Of a stretch of 52,844 bases of DNA, positions 8,713 through 17,397 are shown in pieces. Each line of letters begins with the position of its first letter. Within the stretch, counting starts at the first letter, position 1. The notes under the pieces were generated by a model that was given only the letters and a program-made list of their open reading frames with translations, made no database searches and was not told the DNA's origin. A program made the position numbers and the translations under genes. The DNA is from Dehalococcoidia bacterium (GTDB lineage: Bacteria > Chloroflexota > Dehalococcoidia > UBA2979): the NCBI GenBank assembly GCA_963694535.1, contig CAVODE010000002.1:1-52844 (forward strand). Reading direction: 5' to 3'.

Positions 8713-8788
8713 AAAGGCGTTCCTTCCAGATTGATCAACAGAATACTCTATACGTTATCATCACGGACATAAGGAAGGGAGGCTCACA

Positions 8789-10000
8789 ATGCAACAACAG
8801 ACCGAACGAGCTGCACTTGCCGAGCCCATGGGACCATTAGCCGGGCTCAAGATTCTCGATTTCACTCAATTTCAAAATGGGCCACAGGCAACCGTCATGC
8901 TATCCGATATGGGTGCAGATGTTCTCAAAATAGAACAACCAGGTGATGGAGACCCAGGTCGATCATTAGGACTTCGTGATGATGGTTTTTGCGGATATTT
9001 TGAAACTCACGACAGAGGCAAGCGATCTATCTCGATTGATTTAAAAACACCTCAAGGCAAAGAACTTGTCATGCGCCTTGCCCAAGATGCAGATATTGTG
9101 ACCGAAAATTTTCGACCAGGTGTAATGGATCGCTTGGGGGTAGGCTACGAAGAATTACGGAAAGTAAATCCAGAAATTATCTATGCCCAGAATTCTGGAT
9201 TTGGTATAAAGGGTCCATATTCCCAGAAAGGATGCTTTGATATTGTCGCTCAAGGACTAAGTGGTGCAATGAGAGCACTTGGTGGTGGACCTAACGCAAC
9301 TCCTGAACAAGGACCTTGGGGCTTGGCTGACCAAGTTGGGGCAATGATTTTTGCTTATGGCATTTCCTTAGCCATCGTAGCAAAAGAGCGATATGGTAAA
9401 GGACAACGAGTCGATGTGTCACAAATCGGAGCCATGGCGACACTTCAAGCTCCCTCGCTGGTGCACTACCTTCATACTGGTGTGCAAGGTGAAAAGTTCA
9501 CGAATCCAGTATTTGCGGCCTATGAAACACTTGATAGTAAATGGATTACTATCGGCATTCTCACCCCAAAATGGTGGCCAGGCTTATGCCTTGCAATTGA
9601 ACGAGACGACCTATTAGTAGATGAGCGGAGCTCTTCTCCATTTGCACGAATGGACAATAAAGAATGGCTCTCAGGAGAGCTTGCAAAGTCTTTTGCAAAA
9701 CTTACATATGAGCAAATTAGTAAAAAATTAAATGAAGCTGATGTCCCATCTGCCCCGGTGCACGACTATGAAGCAGTATCCAAAGAAGCACAGTTTTGGG
9801 ATAATGACTATTTGATCGAGCTTGAACATCAAAAATTTGAAGGTCATCGAACGGTCGGAATACCAGTAGCGCTTAGTGAAACACCTGGGCGAGTTCAAGG
9901 ACCTGCACCAGAATATGGAAATGATACGGAGGCCGTTCTGCAAAGGCTCGGCTATACGGTCGAACAAATAACAGAGCTCAAAGAGAATAACGTCATTTAG
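8789..10000 (+). CDS. CaiB/BaiF family (type III) CoA-transferase
   Basis: N-terminal LAGLKILDFTQFQNGPQATVMLSDMGADVLKIEQPGDGDPGR is the canonical family signature. Confidence 0.85.
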   Translation: MQQQTERAALAEPMGPLAGLKILDFTQFQNGPQATVMLSDMGADVLKIEQPGDGDPGRSLGLRDDGFCGYFETHDRGKRSISIDLKTPQGKELVMRLAQDADIVTENFRPGVMDRLGVGYEELRKVNPEIIYAQNSGFGIKGPYSQKGCFDIVAQGLSGAMRALGGGPNATPEQGPWGLADQVGAMIFAYGISLAIVAKERYGKGQRVDVSQIGAMATLQAPSLVHYLHTGVQGEKFTNPVFAAYETLDSKWITIGILTPKWWPGLCLAIERDDLLVDERSSSPFARMDNKEWLSGELAKSFAKLTYEQISKKLNEADVPSAPVHDYEAVSKEAQFWDNDYLIELEHQKFEGHRTVGIPVALSETPGRVQGPAPEYGNDTEAVLQRLGYTVEQITELKENNVI

Positions 10001-10157
10001 CCGAAAAGTTTGTTCCCCAGATCCTAAAAATCAATTGCCTGCAAGGTCACTTCGCCACGGACAATATGTGCAATCAAATACTGTCCGGCCAACATTCCAA
10101 GGAAGTGCTTTAATTTCGTCCCTTTTGAAGTCAGTCATAGGTTCTCTCTAAAATCAT

Positions 10158-11222
10158 TTATACCCCAGCCAGCGAATCACGAACAATCGGCAGAATCTCA
10201 CTCGGGACTCGTTCTAGATAGGCATCAGGGCCATAGTCTGGTGTTGGCGGATTCGGTATGGGATGCAAAACCACATACTCAAATTCAATATCAAGGTTAT
10301 AGAGCTCAGTGAGTAAATCCAGTAACTGAGCCGCAATACTCTGTGCATCACCTAAAAGTGAGAACGCTCGAGCGTGAGCTTCTGAAAGAAAATCAACTGC
10401 TCTGCCACTCTCGAGTAAATCAGTGTTGTGGTGAAAGTCCGGCCATATTCCCTGCTTAGATTTAAGTTCATCAGGTGAATCAGCTGTCCAATCCAGGCCA
10501 ACGTTGTTAAAAAGTGTAGGCGAATATTCGTAGTAACCGGCAGCCATCGATTTTCCCATTAGTAGTGACTCTTCTAAATCATCATGAAAAACGGTGTGCA
10601 AAACTGTGCCCAAACGTATTTCTTTTGGATCACGTCCGGCTTCTTCTGCGCCGGCTCTAATCTCCTTAACTGCCAAAGCAATATTTCTAATATCGGTACC
10701 CACGCGAATAAATACACCATCGGCCACACTACCAGCCATTCGTAGTGTTCGTGGTCCACCGGCAGCAATCCAAATTGGCACGGGCTGAGCGAATGGCAAG
10801 AAGGCAGGCCGCCTCGCATTTACATCAACTTTTTCGCCTGCCAATAAACTTTGGATCAATCTTGTACTCACCTCTAAACTGCTGACACGGGCAGGCCGTA
10901 GTCCGGCTAGTCTCACGGCAGTATCCCCTACACCTAGCCCTAATATAGTTCTCCCTTGAGCCAACTCTGCGATAGTTGCAATACTCGAGGCCGTAACGGA
11001 CGGATGACGTGTAATTGGGTTGGTCAACAGTGGCCCAATCGTGATCTCGCTGGTAGCTTGCGCAGCTGCAGCTAACAGCACATAGGTGTCCCTTCTTCGC
11101 AGTTGTGAGTCGGGTAAAAACGCCGCATCCCAGCCACTATATTCTGCTCTAGTTACATCGGCTGCATACGCCGCGACAGAACTAGTATCGTGCCTGTTCA
11201 AACCGAATTTTGGAAGTCGCAT
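10158..11222 (-). CDS. LLM-class (luciferase-like) flavin/F420-dependent oxidoreductase
   Basis: 354 aa TIM-barrel pattern (ILGLGVGD, IWIAAGGPRTLRMAG). It is a tandem paralog of the next gene. Confidence 0.8.
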   Translation of the reverse strand: MRLPKFGLNRHDTSSVAAYAADVTRAEYSGWDAAFLPDSQLRRRDTYVLLAAAAQATSEITIGPLLTNPITRHPSVTASSIATIAELAQGRTILGLGVGDTAVRLAGLRPARVSSLEVSTRLIQSLLAGEKVDVNARRPAFLPFAQPVPIWIAAGGPRTLRMAGSVADGVFIRVGTDIRNIALAVKEIRAGAEEAGRDPKEIRLGTVLHTVFHDDLEESLLMGKSMAAGYYEYSPTLFNNVGLDWTADSPDELKSKQGIWPDFHHNTDLLESGRAVDFLSEAHARAFSLLGDAQSIAAQLLDLLTELYNLDIEFEYVVLHPIPNPPTPDYGPDAYLERVPSEILPIVRDSLAGV

Positions 11223-11228
11223 TTAGAT

Positions 11229-12290
11229 CTAAGTTTCCAAATTAATTTCGCGAAGTATCTTCATGGTTTCAGCGAGAGTATTGAGACGTTCACCCACACT
11301 AGCCCCATACGGGCCAACTCGGAAAGTATTGACGCCGACAGCTTTATAAGCTTTAAGCTTTTCTGCAACATCAGCCGAGGAGCCCAAAATCGACGAATTA
11401 AGCACCATTTCAGTGGGCACTTCACGTCGAGCCTCGTCACGTCGTCCCTCTACCCACAGTCCCTGTATTTTACTCACCTCATCAGCCCAACCTTGCCGCC
11501 TGTATGCATCAGCGTAGAAATTTTGGGTTTTCGAACCCATTGCTCCTATCTGAAAGGCCAGTGAGGGCTTAAGTTCTTCAGCCGCCTGTTCAATATCTTC
11601 AGTAAATCTGACAGTTCCACCAACAGCTATGTCGATACTTTCAAGTGTTCTGCCGACACTTTCCGCACCTTTACGCATAGGGCCCAAAAAGGTTTCAGCT
11701 GCTTCAGGTAGAAAAGATGTACCCAGCCAACCATCAGCGAATGCACCCGTCATAAATAAATTTTTTGGACCGAGTGACGCGACATATATCGGTAGATTCG
11801 GGCATACAGGAGCCCCTGATCTCAGAGCTTTTCCTAAACCGGTGCCACCTCTCTCAACTGAGAGAGGTAATTCCCAAAATTCCCCGTCATATGCAAGGGT
11901 TTCACCATTAAAGATTCGTCGACAAATATCGATTATTTCCCTTGTGTGTTTGACCGGTTTTCTGAAAGGGATTCCGTGCCATCCCTCAATGACTTGTGGC
12001 CCACTGGTCCCAAGTCCCAAAATAAATCGACCTCCCGACATCGAATCCAAAGTCATCGCTGTCATCGCAACCAGTGATGGTGTTCGAGTCCCAACCTGGA
12101 AAATTCCTGATCCGAATTTCAATGTCGATGTTTTAGCTATTAGATATGCTAGAGGAGTAGCAGCGTCATGTGCCCAGGCTTCGGCGCTCCAAAGAGAATC
12201 AACTCCTAACTTCTCGGCTCCTAGGGCAAATTCTGTTGCTTCTTCCCAATCTTCAATCGCGTAACGATTTAAGCCGACAGACGCCTTCAT
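11229..12290 (-). CDS. LLM-class (luciferase-like) flavin/F420-dependent oxidoreductase
   Basis: 353 aa with LGVDSLWSAEAW, ILGLGTSGPQVIEGWHG and IYVASLGPKN. It lies 6 nt upstream of its paralog. Confidence 0.8.
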   Translation of the reverse strand: MKASVGLNRYAIEDWEEATEFALGAEKLGVDSLWSAEAWAHDAATPLAYLIAKTSTLKFGSGIFQVGTRTPSLVAMTAMTLDSMSGGRFILGLGTSGPQVIEGWHGIPFRKPVKHTREIIDICRRIFNGETLAYDGEFWELPLSVERGGTGLGKALRSGAPVCPNLPIYVASLGPKNLFMTGAFADGWLGTSFLPEAAETFLGPMRKGAESVGRTLESIDIAVGGTVRFTEDIEQAAEELKPSLAFQIGAMGSKTQNFYADAYRRQGWADEVSKIQGLWVEGRRDEARREVPTEMVLNSSILGSSADVAEKLKAYKAVGVNTFRVGPYGASVGERLNTLAETMKILREINLET

Positions 12291-12460
12291 GTATTATCTC
12301 CCTCAGTTATTTTTCCTCATGCAAAGTTTATCCATGGTAATTGAACACCATACCTTGCGCTGTAAACCGTATCCCCTCGTGTGTTTATCTCGATTAAGGC
12401 TTTGTGCATGAATATTGGCCTAGTATTACGTCGACTCGATTCTACTCCCAGCAAAAAATT

Positions 12461-13738
12461 ATGAGGTTATATTTGAAAATCATTGCCAATAAATTACCTT
12501 TGCACTACGGATGGGTCGTCGTGTCACTCTGTATTCTTGGTAATATGGTCGGTGCAGGGACTACCTTTTGGACAATGGCTGTCTATATCCCTCTGATAGC
12601 TGACGAGTTTCAGAGTACTAGGACAGCAGTTGTATCAGCATTCACTGTCGGCCAGATAACGTTTGTAATAATAGCGCCGTTCATCGGCACGTATTTCGAT
12701 CAAAAAGGAGTCCGAGGCTCTATTTTTGTCGGGAGCGTACTTGCGGCTACGGCCTTCCTGTTAACGTCACAGGCCGAAACGGTATTCCAAATATTTCTGG
12801 GGTGGACTCTACTTTCAGCGACCAGAGGCCTACTCATGGACCTGCCTTTCAATTGGTTAATAACAAGATGGTTTGTCGGCAAAAAGCAGCAAGCTGCCCT
12901 TGGGGTTGTAACTGTCGGATTCGGCTTTGGAGGAGCAATACTCCTACCAATCTTGAATCAAATTGCTTCAGTCTACTCTTGGCGTGCCTCGATGATTACG
13001 AGCGCAATTTTGCTTCTAATCGTTCATGGGTTCCTCATCCCTCTCCTTATACGAAATACACCACAACAATTAGGACTGACACCAAACAGATCCAGTCAAG
13101 AAAAATCTCTGAATAGCAGGCCTGATGATTTGGTTGGCATGACCGTTAGCTCGGCGGTTCGAACTCCTGCATTTTGGGTTGCAGCGATGGGATTATTTCT
13201 ATTTTATGGAGGTCAAACACTTTCCTCACTTATTATCGATTTTTTCTCGACCGCCGGGCTCAGTTTTGGTGCTCTGGCAATTGCAATAACTGCATGGATA
13301 AGAACAGGGCTCCGAATTCCATTGGGGTTCTCAATGGCTCGAATCGACCGAGTCTTTCTCCTCTCAACTCTCGTCTGTCTGTCACAAGGCCTTGGCGTTT
13401 TCGCACTGCTATTTGCTCCGACCGGACCACCTCTACTAGCTTGGATACTCCTTTGGGGCATTGGAGGCGCATTCGCCCCGATGATAGGCCCGCTGGTCAC
13501 CACCAAGCTTTTTGGAGTGAAGCACTATGGAGCCGTATCTGGCGCAATACAAGCAATCGGCTTCTCGGGACAGATGGTTGCTCCGATACTGGGCGCTCTG
13601 CTGTTCGATATTCGAGGCGACTACTACTTAAGCTTTATGATCTATTCTATTTCTTTTGTGTTAGGAGCAATTCTTTTTGCCATCTTAAAAGCCCCAAAAC
13701 GTAACGAATATAAGACCACTCAGCATGCAGGTGGTTGA
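12461..13738 (+). CDS. MFS transporter
   Basis: About 12 hydrophobic segments with a central hydrophilic loop. The track ORF starts at GTG 12404. ATG 12461 (MRLYLKII...) looks like the more natural start. Confidence 0.8.
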   Translation: MRLYLKIIANKLPLHYGWVVVSLCILGNMVGAGTTFWTMAVYIPLIADEFQSTRTAVVSAFTVGQITFVIIAPFIGTYFDQKGVRGSIFVGSVLAATAFLLTSQAETVFQIFLGWTLLSATRGLLMDLPFNWLITRWFVGKKQQAALGVVTVGFGFGGAILLPILNQIASVYSWRASMITSAILLLIVHGFLIPLLIRNTPQQLGLTPNRSSQEKSLNSRPDDLVGMTVSSAVRTPAFWVAAMGLFLFYGGQTLSSLIIDFFSTAGLSFGALAIAITAWIRTGLRIPLGFSMARIDRVFLLSTLVCLSQGLGVFALLFAPTGPPLLAWILLWGIGGAFAPMIGPLVTTKLFGVKHYGAVSGAIQAIGFSGQMVAPILGALLFDIRGDYYLSFMIYSISFVLGAILFAILKAPKRNEYKTTQHAGG

Positions 13739-13808
13739 TTTCTCTGACAGCGAAACATGCTAGTCTTCCTCTCTAAGAATTGTTTAGTCTGGAGATTAGG
13801 AAATCATA

Positions 13809-14918
13809 ATGGGAAGCTTTGATATCGTCGTTATTCCTGGAGATGGAATAGGCCCTGAGGTTACAAGTGAAGGTGTACGAATGCTTGAGGCCGTCTCAGA
13901 AAAATTTGGCCATGAATTCACCTTAGATGAACACCCCGCAGGAGGTGGACTAATCGACGCGGAGGGAATTGCAATTCGACCAGAAACACTTGAGCGCGCC
14001 AGTCAAGCAGACGCTGTCCTGTTTGGTGCGGTTGGATTACCTAAATTCGATAATGATCCCAGTGCATTAATTCGTCCAGAACAAGCAGTTCTAGGACTGC
14101 GACGTGAATTAGGCCTGTGGGCAAATATCCGACCAGTCAAAGCGATCGCCTCTTTAACTAACGCATCGCCGCTAAAATCAGAAATAATCGCTGACGTAGA
14201 CATGGTCATAATAAGAGAGCTCACCGGGGGGCTTTACTTTGGAGAACCACGAGAACGTCGAATCGATGAGAATGGCCTTAGAGAAGCCGTTAATACTATG
14301 TATTACCGCGAAGATGAAATTGCGCGGATAGCCCATCTAGGATTTCAATTAGCTCGGGAACGAACAGGACGAATAACAAGCGTTGATAAAGCAAATGTGC
14401 TTATTGTTTCACAGCTCTGGCGAGAAATAGTAGATGAGGTTGCGACTTCATACCCTGATGTGGAGCTCGAGCACGTCATTGTAGATGCTATGACGATGCA
14501 TCTTATCAAACGTCCAAGGGACTTTGATGTAATCATCACATCAAATATGTTTGGCGATATTCTAACGGACGAAGCATCTGTATTAACTGGATCAATGGGA
14601 CTCTTACCTTCAGCATCACTGGGTACGATGTCAGAAAACGGAACCGGACTTGGGCTCTATGAGCCAATCCATGGGACAGCCCCTGATATCACAGGCCAAG
14701 GAATCGCAAATCCACTCGCCATGCTTCTTTCGGTCGCGCTACTACTTCGACACTCTTGCGGACTAGCGAAAGAGGCAGATATTGTTGAACAAGCCATCGA
14801 GCTGACAATTGACGGAGGGCATCGAACTGTTGATTTATCAGATAGCCAGGAAAAATATCTCTCAACTGAACAAATGACAGACAAGGTGCTGGAAGAATTT
14901 AAAAAAATAGATAATTAA
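13809..14918 (+). CDS. leuB: 3-isopropylmalate dehydrogenase
   Basis: IVVIPGDGIGPEV, LFGAVG, IIRELTGGLYFG, NMFGDILTDEAS and GLYEPIHGTAPDI match across the full length. Confidence 0.9.
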   Translation: MGSFDIVVIPGDGIGPEVTSEGVRMLEAVSEKFGHEFTLDEHPAGGGLIDAEGIAIRPETLERASQADAVLFGAVGLPKFDNDPSALIRPEQAVLGLRRELGLWANIRPVKAIASLTNASPLKSEIIADVDMVIIRELTGGLYFGEPRERRIDENGLREAVNTMYYREDEIARIAHLGFQLARERTGRITSVDKANVLIVSQLWREIVDEVATSYPDVELEHVIVDAMTMHLIKRPRDFDVIITSNMFGDILTDEASVLTGSMGLLPSASLGTMSENGTGLGLYEPIHGTAPDITGQGIANPLAMLLSVALLLRHSCGLAKEADIVEQAIELTIDGGHRTVDLSDSQEKYLSTEQMTDKVLEEFKKIDN

Positions 14919-14968
14919 TTAGTAATTCCTACGATGAATATCACCTCCACTGTAAAATTATGATCAAA

Positions 14969-15014
14969 TCAAATGACTTCTTCGACTAGAATTATTCTTG
15001 AAGAAGTCATTTGA
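14969..15014 (+). repeat. Perfect 15-bp stem-loop between leuB and cimA
   Basis: TCAAATGACTTCTTC (14969-14983) is the exact reverse complement of GAAGAAGTCATTTGA (15000-15014), with a 16-nt loop. No U-tract follows. It lies 24 nt upstream of the cimA GTG start. Confidence 0.75.
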
Positions 15015-15038
15015 ACTACCATTTAAGTTGGAGAACTA

Positions 15039-16721
15039 GTGGAACAGCCCATTTTATACCCCGAAAATTTACTCTTGTATGACACAACTCTCCGCGACGG
15101 TCTTGGTATGGAAGGTCTTTCCCTATCCCTGGAAGACAAACTAGAAATTACGCGAAAACTAGATGCACTGGGAGTGCATTACATCGAAGGTGGGTTTCCC
15201 GGCTCAAACCCAAAAGATGCTGAATTTTTTACGAAAGCAAAATTCCTAGACCTAAAGCATGCAAAATTATGTGCGTTTGGATCAACACGCAAACCGGGAG
15301 GAGACGTAAAAAGTGATCCTGCCATCAAAGCAGTGCTTGCGGCCGAAACACCTGTGATTACGCTAGTGGGTAAATCCTCACTTAGCCAAGTGACTGATGT
15401 GCTACAAACGACTGACGAAGAAAATTTGTCAATGATAAAAGAGTCTATAGCGGAATGTGTCTCGGCGGGTAAAGAGGTTGTCTTCGATGCTGAACACTTT
15501 TTTGACGGCTATCTTCAGAACAGTGATTATGCAATTCGTACTTTAAAAGCAGCCCTCTCCGGCGGCGCGTCCACGCTCACACTGTGTGATACAAATGGTG
15601 GAAATCTTCCTTGGCAAATAGAAGAGGTAGTAAGATCTGTGAAAGTGTTTATCGTCGAGCAAGGGCTCGAGAATGTCCGAATAGGAATACATGCTCACAA
15701 CGATACAGATAATGCCGTTGCGAACACACTCGTCGCAATCCGTGCTGGAGCCGATCACGTGCAAGCATGTCTTAATGGTTGGGGAGAAAGAACTGGCAAC
15801 GCAAATATAATTTCGGTTATCGCAAATCTCAAATTAAAACTTAAGATCGACGTTATCAGTGATGATCAATTGAAATTATTGACCCAAACAGCAGCTCTTG
15901 CCCAAGAGCTTGCCAATCTCCAACAAGATCCCCAACAGCCGTATGTGGGAACTGGCGCCTTCGCTCACAAAGCCGGTTTACATGCTGCCGCAATAGTTAG
16001 GTCTCCTGGCTCGTACACACATATAAATCCCAGCGCTGTTGGCAACAGTGAACGAGTGCTGGTATCTGAAATATCTGGACGCCGAAGTATATTGCAAAAA
16101 TTGAAAGAGCAAGGAAGTACTTTAGAGCTTTCTGATTCGGATGCTGAAAAAGTACTATCCCGAATCAAGGCGAGAGAAGCACAAGGTTCAGCTTTTGAGG
16201 CGGCGGAGGCATCTTTCGAAATGGTTGCACGTCGCACACTGAGCACATTCTCGCCGGCCTTCATTCTCGAAGATTTCGTAATTGTCGAGAGACGCAGACC
16301 GGACTCAGACCGTTATGTCGGAGCAAAGCCACGGTCAGTAAAAGATGATTCTACTGATACGGCTGAATCGGCATTTTCATATAACGACATGCAAGCGGAG
16401 GCAATGATCAAAATACGCGTTGATAATAAACTGACCCAAGTCGCCGCGGATGGTAACGGTCCGGTGTCTGCAATGGACGCGGCCGTGAGAAAAGCCCTTA
16501 CCGAGACTTATCCCGGAATCGCAAAAGTCCATCTCACAGATTATAAAGTACGGATCATAGACTCAAAAGCAGGCGCCGATGCAGCCGTCAGAGTGCTAGT
16601 TGAATCCAGCGATGGCAACAGTAGGTGGCGTACCGTTGGGGCCTCAACTGATGTAATTGAGGCATCTTGGCTTGCGCTCCAAGATGCGTACGAATACTGG
16701 ATTATCCATAATTTGAAGTAA
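15039..16721 (+). CDS. cimA: Citramalate synthase (long, LeuA-dimerisation-domain type)
   Basis: LYDTTLRDG, YIEGGFPGSNPKD, DAEHFFDGY, LCDTNGG, HAHNDTDNAVANTL, NGWGERTGNANI and GNGPVSAMDAAVRKAL resemble the TIGR00977-type CimA (Geobacter-like) more than LeuA. GTG start. Confidence 0.8.
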   Translation: MEQPILYPENLLLYDTTLRDGLGMEGLSLSLEDKLEITRKLDALGVHYIEGGFPGSNPKDAEFFTKAKFLDLKHAKLCAFGSTRKPGGDVKSDPAIKAVLAAETPVITLVGKSSLSQVTDVLQTTDEENLSMIKESIAECVSAGKEVVFDAEHFFDGYLQNSDYAIRTLKAALSGGASTLTLCDTNGGNLPWQIEEVVRSVKVFIVEQGLENVRIGIHAHNDTDNAVANTLVAIRAGADHVQACLNGWGERTGNANIISVIANLKLKLKIDVISDDQLKLLTQTAALAQELANLQQDPQQPYVGTGAFAHKAGLHAAAIVRSPGSYTHINPSAVGNSERVLVSEISGRRSILQKLKEQGSTLELSDSDAEKVLSRIKAREAQGSAFEAAEASFEMVARRTLSTFSPAFILEDFVIVERRRPDSDRYVGAKPRSVKDDSTDTAESAFSYNDMQAEAMIKIRVDNKLTQVAADGNGPVSAMDAAVRKALTETYPGIAKVHLTDYKVRIIDSKAGADAAVRVLVESSDGNSRWRTVGASTDVIEASWLALQDAYEYWIIHNLK

Positions 16722-16858
16722 TCATCTCGATTTCAGCGCAAAACTCTCAGGCATGTGTTAAAACAGCCGTATTACTTTGCTATGAAACACACCATAGAAC
16801 GAACAACGGTCTCATTGAAAGGCCGTGAAAGTCAGTGGTGCGGATATACGAAGTTTAC

Positions 16859-17080
16859 TTAGAGTCGAAGCTTACCGTGTGAAGGTTGGCGGCGGCGCTG
16901 TTTACCAGCGGCAAGCTGCTCTTCCTTTTCGATATCAGCTGGATCACAACGCTCCTGCTCGTGCACGTAGCCACAAGCTACACACGATCCAAAAACACCG
17001 TACCAGTCATCTTCTATAATCATCATGCCCTCACAACGGGGACATCTTCTAGGTGGGGTACTCACAATTGGCATGCCCAT
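16859..17080 (-). CDS. Small zinc-ribbon protein (73 aa) with basic C-terminal tail
   Basis: CPRC-x19-CVAC zinc ribbon. A strong SD (GGAGG) lies 3 nt before the ATG. The gene has its own promoter and a long structured leader. Confidence 0.5.
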   Translation of the reverse strand: MGMPIVSTPPRRCPRCEGMMIIEDDWYGVFGSCVACGYVHEQERCDPADIEKEEQLAAGKQRRRQPSHGKLRL

Positions 17081-17262
17081 CTACCTCCGGATCCAAAACT
17101 ACCCAGCAAGCTGGGAAAAACGCTGATCCGGGCGCCGCCGAGGTTAGCTGTCGGGTTCGGGCTGATCAGAAAAAGCCCGTCTTGAATAGGCTTACGCCTT
17201 TCCAAGATTCACCCCATAGTTGGTTCCCCCGGGTTCCTTAAAAGGAAATTAGGCGGCCACTA
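17081..17262 (-). promoter_or_regulatory. Structured 5' leader / candidate riboswitch upstream of the zinc-ribbon ORF (class unassigned; loose cobalamin-like motifs)
   Basis: Minus-strand RNA. A closing helix pairs GCCGCC (17252-17257) with GGCGGC (17134-17139) and encloses about 112 nt with internal hairpins. CCGGAUC (17125-17131) can pair with GAUCCGG (17087-17093), which overlaps the SD. The hairpin CCCAGC/GCUGGG (17102-17115) is followed by UAGUUUUGG. Motifs GGGGGAACC, GGGGUGAAUC and AGCCCGAACCCGAC are reminiscent of cobalamin riboswitch core/B12 box, but the CCCGC-ACUGU and GCCACUG elements are missing. Confidence 0.35.
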
Positions 17263-17279
17263 GAGTTGTGACAGTTCTC

Positions 17280-17308
17280 AAGATAGATAAAATTGACAGA
17301 TTTGTCAA
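17280..17308 (-). promoter_or_regulatory. Sigma70-like promoter for the leader/zinc-ribbon transcript
   Basis: On the minus strand: TTGACA (17303-17308), a 17-nt spacer, then TATCTT (17280-17285). It overlaps a TTGACA-gatt-TGTCAA inverted repeat shared with the divergent cobT side. Confidence 0.4.
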
Positions 17309-17397
17309 GTATATTTGGAAACAAAATTATCATTGCTGTAAAGTCATAACTATACGCTCCAGTCACAAACATCCTATCTTGAGGTAGAGCCTAGATA

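Noticed and set aside
8243-8734. 163-, 126- and 63-aa + strand ORFs and a 69-aa minus-strand ORF inside 8243..8734
   Set aside because: All overlap the carboxyltransferase gene (7111..8712, -), which has clear family motifs. The overlapping frames are Pro/Ser/Arg-rich with no recognisable domains.
11223-11231. Possible stop-codon read-through or fusion of the two LLM genes (same frame, 6-nt spacer)
   Set aside because: Each ORF is already a full-length (~353 aa) luciferase-like protein with its own ATG. The stop is TAG, not UGA. Tandem paralogs are the simpler reading.
11629-12264. 211-aa + strand ORF
   Set aside because: It is antisense to the LLM oxidoreductase 11229..12290. Pro/Ser-rich low-complexity translation is typical of the opposite strand of a real gene.
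12802-13704. 104-aa and 176-aa + strand ORFs plus minus-strand ORFs within the MFS gene
   Set aside because: They are alternative frames of the MFS transporter gene. They are Arg/Ser/Trp-rich with no TM pattern, while the MFS frame has coherent hydrophobic periodicity.
16825-17241. Three + strand ORFs (64, 99, 62 aa)
   Set aside because: They overlap the zinc-ribbon ORF and its structured leader on the opposite strand. They have no SD and low-complexity products. The minus-strand interpretation (promoter, leader, SD, Zn ribbon) is more coherent.
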